A program made the translations under genes and the position numbers. DNA of 64,000 nucleotides from Bdellovibrio sp. (GTDB lineage: Bacteria > Bdellovibrionota > Bdellovibrionia > Bdellovibrionales > Bdellovibrionaceae), in assembly GCA_036676395.1 (NCBI GenBank), contig JAKFCY010000002.1:1312001-1376000 (forward strand). The letters run 5' to 3'. The notes beneath the pieces were generated by a model. It made no database searches. It saw only the letters and a list, made by a program, of their open reading frames with translations, and was not told where the DNA came from. Below, one piece after another: positions 38,255-48,807 of this stretch (positions are counted from its first letter, which is position 1; every line of letters starts with the position of its first letter).

Positions 38255-39967
38255 ATGGCTGTCTGGAAAGATAAAAGTAAAAATATATCTACTTCAGATA
38301 GCTCTAAACCATACCCTGAGCTGATAGCAAAACTTCTAAACGCTCGGGGCTATGATGATTCGCAGATCGAATCAATTCTTAATCCCAAATTAAGTGTCTT
38401 AAAAGATCCGTTTTTATTATTAGGAATGGATAAAGCTGTTGAACGCATTAAACAGGCTTATTTAAATAATCAAAAAATCTGTATTTACGCTGACTTTGAC
38501 CTTGATGGCACAAGTGGTCTTGGTATTTTAAAACAAGCCCTTGAAAATCTGGGTTTTAAAGATGTCAGCTACTATCAACCAAAACGTCTTAGCGAAGGTT
38601 ATGGATTTCATCCGCACGCTGTTGAAGAGTTAAAAACGATCGGCATTGATTTAATTATCACGGTCGATGTGGGTATCACTTCACATAAAGCTTTTGAAAA
38701 AGCGAATGAATTAAATATCGATGTGATCTTAACTGATCACCATTTGCCAAGTGAAACATTACCTAGTGCTTATTGTGTAATTAACCCGAATCAAAAAGCT
38801 TGCACCAGTGGCTTAGGCTATTTGTGTGGAGCAGGGGTTGCATTTTATTTAGCTCGCGCCCTAAAACGAACCTTCGCTGAAGACCCGTTACTTCCTAAAA
38901 AAGAATGGGATCTGAAAGACCTGTTAGATTTATTCTGTATCGGTACATTAACAGATATGGTGCCGCTGGTTGATGATAACCGCGTGTTAGTAAAGCATGG
39001 CATGGTGGTGTTGCAAAATACACAAAAAGTAGGGCTACAGGCGCTGCTAGAGGCCTTAGAATTAACGGGCAGAACATTATCATCCCAAGATGTTTCGATT
39101 AAATTTGCGCCAAAGCTAAATGCCTTATCGCGGATGGAATCAGACATTTTACCGATTCATATTTATCTAGAAAAAAATCTGGCGCACGCAAGATCAATGG
39201 TCGATCAGATTTTAAAAAATAACCAAACAAGACAATCTTTACAGTCAAACGCCGAAGGCAAAGCTTTCGAATTACTAAAAGGCTGGGATAAAGAAGACTT
39301 TGTTTTCGTATCCAGTGAAGACTTTCACCGCGGTATCATTGGGCTTATCGCCACAAAACTTTCGCAAGAATTTAACCGTCCGGCTTTTGTGGGTTCGCAG
39401 AATTCAGAAGGCATGATTGTGGGTTCAGGGCGTTTGCCGGCAGGGCATGAATCAAGTTTAGTTGATGCCTTAGGTTTTGCACAAACGTCATTAAACCGCT
39501 TTGGTGGGCATTCGGCAGCGGCGGGCTTTGAATTGCCTGCAACAAACAAAGAAAGTTTAATCTTAAGCTTAGAAAAATTTTATCATCAGTTAAAACTTGA
39601 AAAGCGCGAAGTCGAAATTGATTTTGATGTGACGGCTCAGTTATCAGATTTGAATTCACACTTTATGAAATGGTATGATCATATCGGGCCTTATGGTGTG
39701 GGGTTTACTACGCCATTGTTTCGTTTTAATAATTTAAATTTAAATAAGATTAATGAACTAAAAGGCGGCCATTTAAAAGTACAATTTTGGGACGAGAAAA
39801 GTTCTATGGATGCTTTATTGTTTTCTCCAAGCACTACTCAGCGCGAAATCCTTCAAACTGGCAGAATGTATGATATTCTAGGTGAAATTCAGTGGAATTA
39901 CTTTAGAAATAAACAATCTGTCCAAATCTTGATTAAAGATTTGAAGGTATCGGGAACACAAGCATGA
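38255..39967 (+). CDS. recJ: Single-stranded-DNA-specific exonuclease RecJ
   Basis: DFDLDG, TVDVG, TDHH, GTLTD and FGGH.AAAG motifs. Confidence 0.95.
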   Translation: MAVWKDKSKNISTSDSSKPYPELIAKLLNARGYDDSQIESILNPKLSVLKDPFLLLGMDKAVERIKQAYLNNQKICIYADFDLDGTSGLGILKQALENLGFKDVSYYQPKRLSEGYGFHPHAVEELKTIGIDLIITVDVGITSHKAFEKANELNIDVILTDHHLPSETLPSAYCVINPNQKACTSGLGYLCGAGVAFYLARALKRTFAEDPLLPKKEWDLKDLLDLFCIGTLTDMVPLVDDNRVLVKHGMVVLQNTQKVGLQALLEALELTGRTLSSQDVSIKFAPKLNALSRMESDILPIHIYLEKNLAHARSMVDQILKNNQTRQSLQSNAEGKAFELLKGWDKEDFVFVSSEDFHRGIIGLIATKLSQEFNRPAFVGSQNSEGMIVGSGRLPAGHESSLVDALGFAQTSLNRFGGHSAAAGFELPATNKESLILSLEKFYHQLKLEKREVEIDFDVTAQLSDLNSHFMKWYDHIGPYGVGFTTPLFRFNNLNLNKINELKGGHLKVQFWDEKSSMDALLFSPSTTQREILQTGRMYDILGEIQWNYFRNKQSVQILIKDLKVSGTQA

Positions 39968-40680
39968 CTTTTAAATTTAAGCCAATGCCCAAGAAAGATC
40001 TAAAGTCTGTAGTGTGTTTATCAGCAGGCTTAGATTCAACGGTGAATTTGTATGCGGCCCATAAAATGACCGAAGTCGTTCAAACCGTTACTTTTAATTA
40101 TGGTCAGAAAGCCGCAAAAAAAGAAATCGCCGCGGCTACAGAAATCTCTAAAAAATTAAATATTCCTCATAGAGTTATCGACCTTCTGTGGTTTAAAGAC
40201 CTAGGGGAGTCATCGCTGACCAGTGACAAACAAAATGTTCCCATTGGGGATGAAGTTTCTATTGATAATCATAAAAAATCACAAGTGACCGCTAAGGCTG
40301 TATGGGTGCCAAACCGTAATGGCATATTTTTAAATATTGCTGCGGGCATCGCTGAAAGTTTAAAAGCTGATTTAGTTGTTCCTGGTTTTAATTTAGAAGA
40401 GGCCTCGACGTTTCCTGATAACAGCGATGGTTTTATGAAAAGCCTGGATCTATCGCTATCATTTTCAACGGCTAATAAAGTTAAAGTTCATTGTTATACG
40501 GTTTCATTAACTAAAATTCAGATTGTTAATGTCGGTATGTCAATGGAGGTGCCTTTTGAAATGATCTGGCCATGTTATTTTGCTAAAGATAAATGGTGCG
40601 GTGTATGTGAATCTTGTCAGCGCGCCAAGCGTGCTTTAAGCTTTAACAAGGTACCAGTTACACATTTATTTGAAAGTTGA
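39964..40680 (+). CDS. queC: 7-cyano-7-deazaguanine synthase
   Basis: SAGLDS, FNYGQ, WVPNRN, FPDN and CY...CGVCESC motifs. Confidence 0.9.
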   Translation: MTFKFKPMPKKDLKSVVCLSAGLDSTVNLYAAHKMTEVVQTVTFNYGQKAAKKEIAAATEISKKLNIPHRVIDLLWFKDLGESSLTSDKQNVPIGDEVSIDNHKKSQVTAKAVWVPNRNGIFLNIAAGIAESLKADLVVPGFNLEEASTFPDNSDGFMKSLDLSLSFSTANKVKVHCYTVSLTKIQIVNVGMSMEVPFEMIWPCYFAKDKWCGVCESCQRAKRALSFNKVPVTHLFES

Positions 40681-40687
40681 ATAAATA

Positions 40688-41254
40688 ATGCAAACACTCT
40701 TCGTATCGGCAGCTAAGAAAACTCTTAAAAAATATGATGGCGCGCAGCTGCGCCCGCTATTTTCTTATGAAAATTTTGGCTTAAAAGGCAATGCGATGAT
40801 TTCATGGATTTCTCCAACAGATGTGACATTGGCACATATGGTGGATTATGAAGATAAAATCGAAGAATCAAAAATCTGCGGCGATAAAATGTTACATTTT
40901 ATAATTGAGTTTTTTCCGGCGAATTTATCTTTTGGGGTGATGGCGCAAAGATTATTAGCTTCAATCATTAAAGACATGATCAGTTTAAAAGCCCCTAAAG
41001 AAAAACTAACCCGTAAGGGTGATGATATCTATGTGGGCCAAGGTAAACTTTCAATTTCTATTGCCAGTGTTTCAGCGGTTTCAACGCTCGTGCATTTTGC
41101 CGTGAATATTACCAATAAAGGCACACCTGTTAAAACTGCGTCTTTAGAAGATTTAAAGATTAAGCCAGATACTTTTGCTAAAGAGGTTTTAAAAGCTTTT
41201 GCTTCTGAATTTGACGATGTGGTTTGGGCCACGCAAAAGGTGAAGCCGCTATGA
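40688..41254 (+). CDS. DUF366 family protein (biotin/lipoate-ligase-like fold)
   Basis: YDG.QL, MVDYED, MLHFIIE, QRLL, RKGDDIY, KLSISIA and HFAVN motifs. Confidence 0.75.
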   Translation: MQTLFVSAAKKTLKKYDGAQLRPLFSYENFGLKGNAMISWISPTDVTLAHMVDYEDKIEESKICGDKMLHFIIEFFPANLSFGVMAQRLLASIIKDMISLKAPKEKLTRKGDDIYVGQGKLSISIASVSAVSTLVHFAVNITNKGTPVKTASLEDLKIKPDTFAKEVLKAFASEFDDVVWATQKVKPL

Positions 41255-42039
41255 TCGTGAAAAGTTTAATTTTTAGTTTGGCTATTATTTTTACGTTGCC
41301 AAGTTTTGCCTTTGATCAAAACTATGCGCTCTGGAAGCGTGTGATTGCCAATTACGTCGATTACAGCGTAAGTCCTGCCACTGTGGATTATATCGGCATA
41401 AAAAATAACCGTCTGGATTTTACTGAAAACCTGCAAGAAATGGTTAAAGTAACTGAAGAAGAGTATAAAGCTTTTTCGATCGATCAGCGTAAGGCTTTTA
41501 TTTTAAATCTTTACGGCGCTTTGGCTATCAAAGCTGTGCTTGATCAAATCGAAGGTCATAAAATACCGAAAACAATTAAAGCCGGCAGCCGGTTTTTGAA
41601 TGATATTTTTGATAGAAAATTTTTTAAATTATTCGAAAAAAAACGCAGTCTGAATTATCTTGAAAAAGACCTAGCCGAAGAATTTGAAAGTGATTTTAAA
41701 TTTAGGGTGGCTTTTGCGTGCGCTGCCAAGGGGTGCCCGCCGCCAGGTTATTACACAGCTGATAATTTAAATAAAACTTTAAACGATGTGATGAAATCAT
41801 TTTTGGGCTGGGATAAAAATGTGACTTACACGATAGCTACAAATGAGCTGATCGCCTGTGATTATTTTAAAGAACGTAAAAGCATCATTAAACAATCGAA
41901 AGAATATTCAAGTTTAGAAGACTTTTTAATTCGTAATGCTCCCATTTCTGAATTATTAAAAGACAAAGCTTTAAAAAATGAAAACAGTCTTGATTTAGAA
42001 TTTTCAAAAATGGATTGGTCGCTTAATATTAAGCCGTAG
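41251..42039 (+). CDS. DUF547 domain secreted protein
   Basis: VDY, KAF.LNLY, F.CAA.GCPP and DWSLN motifs. Confidence 0.8.
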   Translation: MIVKSLIFSLAIIFTLPSFAFDQNYALWKRVIANYVDYSVSPATVDYIGIKNNRLDFTENLQEMVKVTEEEYKAFSIDQRKAFILNLYGALAIKAVLDQIEGHKIPKTIKAGSRFLNDIFDRKFFKLFEKKRSLNYLEKDLAEEFESDFKFRVAFACAAKGCPPPGYYTADNLNKTLNDVMKSFLGWDKNVTYTIATNELIACDYFKERKSIIKQSKEYSSLEDFLIRNAPISELLKDKALKNENSLDLEFSKMDWSLNIKP

Positions 42040-42052
42040 GCGTATAGCCTAG

Positions 42053-42397
42053 CTAAACTCTAAATACGAAATACACAGCACCCACCATGCACAAGCCAGC
42101 CCACAGGTAATCCCATTTAAAGGCTTGCTGCATGTAGAATGTCGAAAAAGCGATAAACACTAAGATCGTGATCACTTCTTGCATGATTTTTAATTGCGGT
42201 AGGGTGTAATGATTAAAACCTAAACGGTTTGCCGGCACCTGAAAACAATATTCAAAAAACGCGATTCCCCAACAGGCTAAGATGACAATCCACAAAGGCG
42301 AAGAATTCATCGTCTTTAAATGCCCATACCAAGCCCAAGTCATGAAGACATTTGAAATCACTAATAAAACTAACGGAAACACAGCGCCTGAGGTCAA
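42053..42397 (-). CDS. DMT family small membrane protein (DUF486)
   Basis: SNVFMT.AWYGHLK, FEY.FQVPANR and QLKIMQEVIT motifs. Confidence 0.9.
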   Translation of the reverse strand: MTSGAVFPLVLLVISNVFMTWAWYGHLKTMNSSPLWIVILACWGIAFFEYCFQVPANRLGFNHYTLPQLKIMQEVITILVFIAFSTFYMQQAFKWDYLWAGLCMVGAVYFVFRV

Positions 42398-44037
42398 GAC
42401 AGATCTTCTTTTGGGTCGTCAATTTTTTTGCCGGCTCCCTTAATAGTGGCATAGGCATGATTACATAAAAGACTGGCAATGCGGCGGTATTCGCTTAATA
42501 AATCTAAATGAATCGAACTGGTGTTGATTGAATCTTGCATGCCTCTGTTTAGGCGCGAGATATGGTTTTCTCTGAAGTTTAATTCAATCTTTGCTAGTTC
42601 ACGTTTTAATTGAATCGCACTTTCACACATGGCAGGGCTATCGTAAGCGTTGATTCCCATCGAGGCCACTTTAACAACTTGCGCGTGCATTTGTTTGATT
42701 TCGTTCCAGCCTTCGTTTGAAAAATATAATTTTAAGGCGTGTTTTTTGATCGCCAAAGTTCTGATATTGATATCAATTGAATCGGCTGCGCGCTCAAGAT
42801 CTGAAATGAACATGATCATATTCATCACGTTTTGATTAACCACTGAGGCATTTGAATTAGCCTGGTTTAATAAAAACATTTTCGTTTCGCGGTATAAAAA
42901 ATCAACTTGGTTATCGCGATCTTTAATCGACTGCACTAACACAGGATCTTCTTCTTCGAATAACACCACAGAATCTTTTAACATGCTGATCACGATATCT
43001 GCACAACGCATGATTTCACGCTGCGCATATGAAATCGCTAAAGCCGTGTTATCATAATTGTTCATTGCTAAGTATTCAGTGCCGAATTCTTCTTGTAAGC
43101 CTTTAGGAAACATTTTTTGAATCAGCTGTGAACCTTTAGAAATAAACGGGTAAAAAAGCATTGCTGATCCGATATTAAAGAAAAAATGTGCATTGGCGAT
43201 CAGACGCGAAGTTGTTGTTTGAAACTGACTAACGAATTCAATAAAATAAGTGGTGAGCGGGTAAAAGATAATTACACTTAAGGCTTTGTAAAAGAAATGC
43301 GCCCAAGCCACTTGTTTACCGATGTAGTTGCTGCCGGCAGCCATGTAAAGAGCAGTTGAGGTGGTGCCGATGTTTGCACCATAAACCCAGATGATCGCAT
43401 CATGAGTCGAAATCACACCTGCAGCACATAAACTCATCGCAAGACCGATCGTGATCGCAGAGCTATGCACGAAAGCACAAAAAATCACGGCAGCAAAAAA
43501 TGAATACGCCGAGTTTTCTTTTAAGCCGGTAAAAAAATCAGCTAAAAATGAAAGTTGCGCAAAATAATGCGAACTGATCGAAATCATTTTCAAGCCTAAA
43601 AATAGCATCGCAAAACCCATTACGACTGTGCTTAGGTTTTTTAATGCAGGCTTTTTGCTCACAAAAAATCCGCCAAAGCCTAAAATAAATAATGGCAATG
43701 CATACTGAGATAAATCAAACGAGATCAATTGCACCGTTAACGTCGAACCAATCGCTGTGCCGATGATCACGCCCATAACTTGGGGTAATTGAATCACACG
43801 GGCACTGCCAAGGCCAACGAGCATGCTGGTGACAGCGCCCGAGCTTTGTAAGATCGAAGTTAAACCAACACCCACACCGATTGACAGCAAGCTTGATTTA
43901 GAAAGTTTCGTCATTAACAGCGTGATTCTTTGGGCCATCAGCTTTTCAAGTGAGCCAGAAGCCATTGAGCTTCCGTAAAGAAAAAACGCGATACCTGCCA
44001 AGAAAATTACAATGTGACTATTTTGAAGATCGATCAT
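42394..44037 (-). CDS. Na/Pi cotransporter family protein with PhoU-like C-terminus
   Basis: LQSSGA, HSSA and GANIGTT repeats; helical C-terminus with DLER.AD. Confidence 0.9.
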   Translation of the reverse strand: MIDLQNSHIVIFLAGIAFFLYGSSMASGSLEKLMAQRITLLMTKLSKSSLLSIGVGVGLTSILQSSGAVTSMLVGLGSARVIQLPQVMGVIIGTAIGSTLTVQLISFDLSQYALPLFILGFGGFFVSKKPALKNLSTVVMGFAMLFLGLKMISISSHYFAQLSFLADFFTGLKENSAYSFFAAVIFCAFVHSSAITIGLAMSLCAAGVISTHDAIIWVYGANIGTTSTALYMAAGSNYIGKQVAWAHFFYKALSVIIFYPLTTYFIEFVSQFQTTTSRLIANAHFFFNIGSAMLFYPFISKGSQLIQKMFPKGLQEEFGTEYLAMNNYDNTALAISYAQREIMRCADIVISMLKDSVVLFEEEDPVLVQSIKDRDNQVDFLYRETKMFLLNQANSNASVVNQNVMNMIMFISDLERAADSIDINIRTLAIKKHALKLYFSNEGWNEIKQMHAQVVKVASMGINAYDSPAMCESAIQLKRELAKIELNFRENHISRLNRGMQDSINTSSIHLDLLSEYRRIASLLCNHAYATIKGAGKKIDDPKEDLS

Positions 44038-44068
44038 ACCATTTTATAATACTAGGATAACAGGCTTA

Positions 44069-44473
44069 ATGGCAAATACAGATGTCTTACAAGTAGTCGC
44101 ATTAGCACTTTTTCACCCCGTCAGAAAACGGTACCTGATCGTGCGCAGAAACGCCCAGCAAAATTCAGGAGCAGGACAATGGGAGTTTCCGGGCGGAAAA
44201 ATCGAAGCTAACGAATCACACAGACAGGCTTTAGTGCGTGAAACGCTAGAAGAACTTGGGTTTGCGGCGAACGAATCTGAGCTAAAATTCATTCACAGTA
44301 ATCAATATCAATACCCACAAAGAGTCGTAGAAATTCATCTTTACCGCTATGACAAAGCCATTGATGATTTCATGTTAGTTGATCACGATTTACACGCCTG
44401 GGTCGACGAGACTGAAATCACGACTTTCGATTTAGCGCCGGCCGATATTCCGTTTATTAAATTCTTATATTAA
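44069..44473 (+). CDS. NUDIX hydrolase (MutT-like)
   Basis: WEFPGGKIE..E....AL.RE..EELG. Confidence 0.92.
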   Translation: MANTDVLQVVALALFHPVRKRYLIVRRNAQQNSGAGQWEFPGGKIEANESHRQALVRETLEELGFAANESELKFIHSNQYQYPQRVVEIHLYRYDKAIDDFMLVDHDLHAWVDETEITTFDLAPADIPFIKFLY

Positions 44474-44871
44474 TCTAAAAAATATTTTCGCTCTTGCTGC
44501 GTAGGCAGGCGGCAGGTTTCTGATTTGCCAAATAGGCGGTAGCGGTATTTAGCGACCAGCTCGTAAAAAAAATCTGAAATAAAACCCGGCAAAGCATGTA
44601 ACATAATGCTTATTGGTTTGTAGATGCCACCGATGTCACCAAGTAAATAAGCCACAGCTTTTGACCGGCGATAGATTTTTGCGTCACGAAAATACACCAC
44701 ATAATCAAGACCAAGGTCTTGCGGAGGCAGCATTTCACGGGCAGTTGCTCCTTGTAATGGAGCAAAATAGATTTCGCCTTCAGAAAATTTCGGAAGACAG
44801 AAATCAACAAGTGAACTGCACAAGTGGCAGACGCCATCGAAAAAAAGGATTCTTTTCGTATTTTCTTTCAT
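44470..44871 (-). CDS. DCC (DUF393) thiol-disulfide oxidoreductase family protein
   Basis: FDGVCHLC and RYRLFG...C motifs. Confidence 0.9.
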   Translation of the reverse strand: MKENTKRILFFDGVCHLCSSLVDFCLPKFSEGEIYFAPLQGATAREMLPPQDLGLDYVVYFRDAKIYRRSKAVAYLLGDIGGIYKPISIMLHALPGFISDFFYELVAKYRYRLFGKSETCRLPTQQERKYFLD

Positions 44872-44900
44872 CGACTTTATGATACACTTTTTTTAAGCAG

Positions 44901-45488
44901 ATGAAATGTTTTGTTTTCCCGCTCACGCACGCAAACTTATTTCCCCTTACCACAAAGCCATTAAATATCTTTGAGCCGCGTTATTTGCAGATGATCGAAG
45001 ACTCTTTAGCCACAAAAACCCCAATAGCCTTAGCGTATGTGCCAGAAAACGGTGACACGTTTCGTTCAATCGCAGGATTTGGCTTGCCACAGGTCATTGA
45101 TCAAAGACCGAACGACAACGTACTTATCTTTTTACCGGGGCAGGGTAAACTTCGCATTTTGGTCGAAGATACGGTTTCTGATAAGCCTTATATCATCGCA
45201 GACTGTGAAATCGTTAATGAAGATTTATTTTTAGATGAATCTTTGCAGTCGAAATACAATACGCTGCATACGCTGTTAGTTCAGTGGGTGCAAAAGCATA
45301 TTCCTGACCAAGAACAGCGTGATATTTTTACTCGTAGTCTCAAAGGGCCGCAGGAAACTGTATCTGCGTTTGCTGCGTATTTGATTCGTGATTATGATTT
45401 ACAATACGAGATGATGGAGATTTTTAATATCAACGATCAGGTTAAGTATTTGCATCGGTTGTATGAATCTAATGAGCTTACGATTTGA
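44901..45488 (+). CDS. LON peptidase substrate-binding domain protein
   Basis: FPL...LFP....LNIFEPRY..M. Confidence 0.88.
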   Translation: MKCFVFPLTHANLFPLTTKPLNIFEPRYLQMIEDSLATKTPIALAYVPENGDTFRSIAGFGLPQVIDQRPNDNVLIFLPGQGKLRILVEDTVSDKPYIIADCEIVNEDLFLDESLQSKYNTLHTLLVQWVQKHIPDQEQRDIFTRSLKGPQETVSAFAAYLIRDYDLQYEMMEIFNINDQVKYLHRLYESNELTI

Positions 45489-45497
45489 TAATTGAAG

Positions 45498-46616
45498 TTA
45501 AGGCGGGTACTGATCACTCGGCACGATCGTGATGATGCGATCTGCAGTCAAAAACTTCTGCAAGGTAAAACGCGGGTGCTCAATACCACCAATACTTTGT
45601 CCCGGAAGCACGCCGATGCGCTCCCACTCTGCTTGCGCAGATTCTGGGGCTTCAAATTGAAGAGCATGGCCGCCGGCAGTGTCAGTTATAAACCAACCGT
45701 AATCTCTGAGCGCTGTGAAGATAATTTTAATTGCACGTTTTTTCTGGCTACTTAGACCAGAGTAAGTCGCAATGAACGCATCGATCTCGCTATCTGTGGC
45801 TTTTAAAGCAAAGCGCATTCCTTCTGGAATGTTTCCGACTTTACCTGGATGTTCAAGTTTTGTTGCTGGTGCTACATAGTACTGACCAGAGGTTCCGATG
45901 ATCGGCATTGAAAGAGCATGTTCAATCACGCCTTTTTCAATTTCCCAAGGGCGCACTAACATGGCAAGGTAATTGATTCCCACACCGCGAGAGCCCGAAC
46001 ACTTTGTTGTATTTGTATCCCAGTTGTTTGTTAGATAATCGCCGGGGCATAGGTTGCCATTACCAATCGTGATTTGTTTCGAAGTAGTGTCGACCACCAT
46101 ATCCCACAAATTCCATTCTCGTCCGGTTGCTGCATCTAAAATAATTGCCTGAGCATCAGTTCCTGCATTTGGCAACCAAGCAGGATTATAAGGAATCATT
46201 TTACCATTTAAATTACCCCAGTTGTTTTTATCGTTGATCACATACATATCAGTAGCCTTTGTCGCATCATAAACTGGGTATGTGTATTTTCTAAAATTAA
46301 GCTCTGGTAATTTGCCGTTAAAGTCTTCCCATAAGTAATCTGCAAACTTTTTACTTTCAGGATGCAACGGCAAATTTTTGACCGGAATATTCCACGGGGC
46401 TTTTGCGCCGTAAGGGCGAACGCCAGTAAAGGCTCGAACTGGCGCTGAAGTTACTGGAGTGGGTGTTGGTGTCGTAACTACTGGAGGTGTTACGGGCGGA
46501 GTAGTTGGCGGAGCTGTTGTAGTAGATTCTTGAGAGCGCTTAGCTTCAAGTTTTTCTTCTCGTGAAGGGCTACAACCAACTAAACATAGAATTGAAATAA
46601 ATAAAATCAAACGCAT
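45498..46616 (-). CDS. Hypothetical lipoprotein with Pro/Thr linker
   Basis: Lipobox LVGC; PT-rich stalk; globular C-terminal domain. Confidence 0.75.
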   Translation of the reverse strand: MRLILFISILCLVGCSPSREEKLEAKRSQESTTTAPPTTPPVTPPVVTTPTPTPVTSAPVRAFTGVRPYGAKAPWNIPVKNLPLHPESKKFADYLWEDFNGKLPELNFRKYTYPVYDATKATDMYVINDKNNWGNLNGKMIPYNPAWLPNAGTDAQAIILDAATGREWNLWDMVVDTTSKQITIGNGNLCPGDYLTNNWDTNTTKCSGSRGVGINYLAMLVRPWEIEKGVIEHALSMPIIGTSGQYYVAPATKLEHPGKVGNIPEGMRFALKATDSEIDAFIATYSGLSSQKKRAIKIIFTALRDYGWFITDTAGGHALQFEAPESAQAEWERIGVLPGQSIGGIEHPRFTLQKFLTADRIITIVPSDQYPP

Positions 46617-46816
46617 ATTTCTATTTTCGGCTGAAACAAGAGCGAACAAAATTTAAATATGGATTGATCTCAGTTTGAAACTAAATTTAAATTATTGCTA
46701 GTCGCAGTAGATATAACTTAGTCAGTGGCGTTGATTGTTTTCTGTAGCTAACGAATTAATGATCACCGCAAGTTGAGAACTTGCATGCGCATAAAGAGGC
46801 ATGTTGGAATAGTTGT

Positions 46817-47101
46817 ATGGATAGAAAAAATCTCTATGCAATAACTATGGTAGCTTTAATTGGTGTAGGTACTACAATTTTTGCTTATGAAAGTACAAAA
46901 AAATCTTTTAGGGCTGAAGGATTTAATGATGGCTCGATAATGCAAAGAGAAGGAATTATAGAAAAATTAAACAGTATTAAGAAAATAGAAAATTGCTCTC
47001 AATCGTCATCCGAATTGATTGAAGTATTTTCGGTCAAGGCGACGAGCGTTTATGTGCAAAAAACTAATGATGTCAGTTTTCACTTTTGCCTGATGCGGTA
47101 A
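46817..47101 (+). CDS. Small membrane-anchored hypothetical protein
   Basis: N-terminal TM segment; AT-rich. Confidence 0.5.
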   Translation: MDRKNLYAITMVALIGVGTTIFAYESTKKSFRAEGFNDGSIMQREGIIEKLNSIKKIENCSQSSSELIEVFSVKATSVYVQKTNDVSFHFCLMR

Positions 47102-47933
47102 CGTTTTTCCAGTTTAAACTTAAAAATCTAGCCCACAGCACATGTGCAATACCTAAGTGAGCAATCTTTAAAGCTACTGGGCTTAAAGTAACTAACGTAA
47201 TCACCCCGACAAACATCGCAAATAAAATTTCTAAAGCAAAACGCGTCTGGTTTTTCATAAATAACCAAATCATAAATCCAGACATAATAGTTACAGCTAA
47301 TACAGGATGCACGATACGAAGTTTGATAAAGATATGCGAATCATGGCTAAAATCTTCAATAATACCTTGAAGTAACGAAATACTCGGAAACAATGTCGCT
47401 GAAAGTGCGGCAATCGCACCACTGACTGATACAACTAAGAACAATAATAACTTCTTAGAAAATTTAAAATTAAATTCAGGGTTGATCGATTTAAACAATA
47501 AATAAGTAACTCCAGTTAACATAAAACTATTCAATTGATGAAGTATCATGAAAAATAAACGTAGATAAGAATCATCAACACTGACTAATTTTAACTTCAC
47601 TAATAAAGCCCCAACCAACGCTTCAGAGATCATCAGACAAAGTAGCGCCACATTTAAATTTCTAACCAGCTTGCGACCATGACTGCGAAGCTTAAAGAAA
47701 ATAAAGATAACAATCAGCCCATAAGCCCCAGTCATCAACCTGTGCGAATACTCAATGAACGTTTTCTTTTGCGTAAGATCCGGAATAAATTCACCCGTGC
47801 ATAAAGGCCAGTGATCACCACAACCATCGCCAGAGTGAGAAATACGAACCCAGGCTCCCCAGAAAATCACGATCAAAGTGTAAACCCAAAACAGGAGTAA
47901 TAAATTCGAGGTTTTCTTTTCTTGCGCAGTCAT
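47073..47933 (-). CDS. ctaA: COX15/CtaA heme A synthase family protein
   Basis: G..VR...SG.GC..WPLC, EYSHR and further TM histidines. Confidence 0.85.
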   Translation of the reverse strand: MTAQEKKTSNLLLLFWVYTLIVIFWGAWVRISHSGDGCGDHWPLCTGEFIPDLTQKKTFIEYSHRLMTGAYGLIVIFIFFKLRSHGRKLVRNLNVALLCLMISEALVGALLVKLKLVSVDDSYLRLFFMILHQLNSFMLTGVTYLLFKSINPEFNFKFSKKLLLFLVVSVSGAIAALSATLFPSISLLQGIIEDFSHDSHIFIKLRIVHPVLAVTIMSGFMIWLFMKNQTRFALEILFAMFVGVITLVTLSPVALKIAHLGIAHVLWARFLSLNWKNVTASGKSEN

Positions 47934-47938
47934 AAAGA

Positions 47939-48739
47939 TTAGTCTTTCAAACGGTGGTTATTAAAAATACTTAAAGCCTTTTTATAATCAGAGCGGCTGT
48001 ATTTTAAAATATCGGGAATATAATTAAAGTAAAAACGAATCGACGTAAGTTTATTCTTCGTCATGCAACGGCCACGGTTGCGCTGAAAAAGCTCGTAAGT
48101 GTAAAAGCGGTCTTTATGACAAGTTTTGCCGATCTTATGGCGAAACACAGTCGTGTCATCATAACCCAACGTGATTTTGTGCTGATGCGCCCGTAAACTG
48201 AAATCAACGTCTTCCCAATAAGTGTGAAAGCGTTCATCAAAACCTTGAAGCTTTGCAAACGCTTCTTGGTTGATCCAAAATGCCGTACCCGGAATATAAG
48301 TAATTTCGCGATGCTTATGATCAGTTAAATTTTTAAGATGTTTCAATTTACCAGTACGGGGATTCAAAGCCCCCATCACTGAATCGACTTCTTCAGAATT
48401 ACGGCGAAGCAATTTAACCGAACTAAAATGTTTTGGGGCTACCAAGGGCAAACTAATAGCCTCGGTATCATTAGTTAAAAATAAAATATCAGAAAAATGC
48501 TTCAGCGTTTCTTTTAATGTCGCATTCGCGCCACCCGAGAAGCCTTTGTTTTCAGAAATATCGATGTGACGGATATCTGGAAATTCAGATTTTAGCTTAG
48601 CAACGTGTTTTTCTAAGCTTCCGTTGTGAGTCAAAAATACGTTTTCAGGAGCCGCATGGAGCAAAACGCTTTTGAGGCATTTTGCTGTTAGTTCTGGATG
48701 GTTGTAGGATAAAACCGAGATACCATAGGGCTTCTTCAT
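47939..48739 (-). CDS. Glycosyltransferase family 2
   Basis: VLSYN, NKGFSGG.N, TND and GFDERF..YWEDVD motifs. Confidence 0.88.
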   Translation of the reverse strand: MKKPYGISVLSYNHPELTAKCLKSVLLHAAPENVFLTHNGSLEKHVAKLKSEFPDIRHIDISENKGFSGGANATLKETLKHFSDILFLTNDTEAISLPLVAPKHFSSVKLLRRNSEEVDSVMGALNPRTGKLKHLKNLTDHKHREITYIPGTAFWINQEAFAKLQGFDERFHTYWEDVDFSLRAHQHKITLGYDDTTVFRHKIGKTCHKDRFYTYELFQRNRGRCMTKNKLTSIRFYFNYIPDILKYSRSDYKKALSIFNNHRLKD

Positions 48740-48807
48740 AAGCTTTTTTTTAAACCTAAAGTAAAAAAGGTTCAAATAGAAGTTTTTAACATGTTAGGCT
48801 ATTGCTG

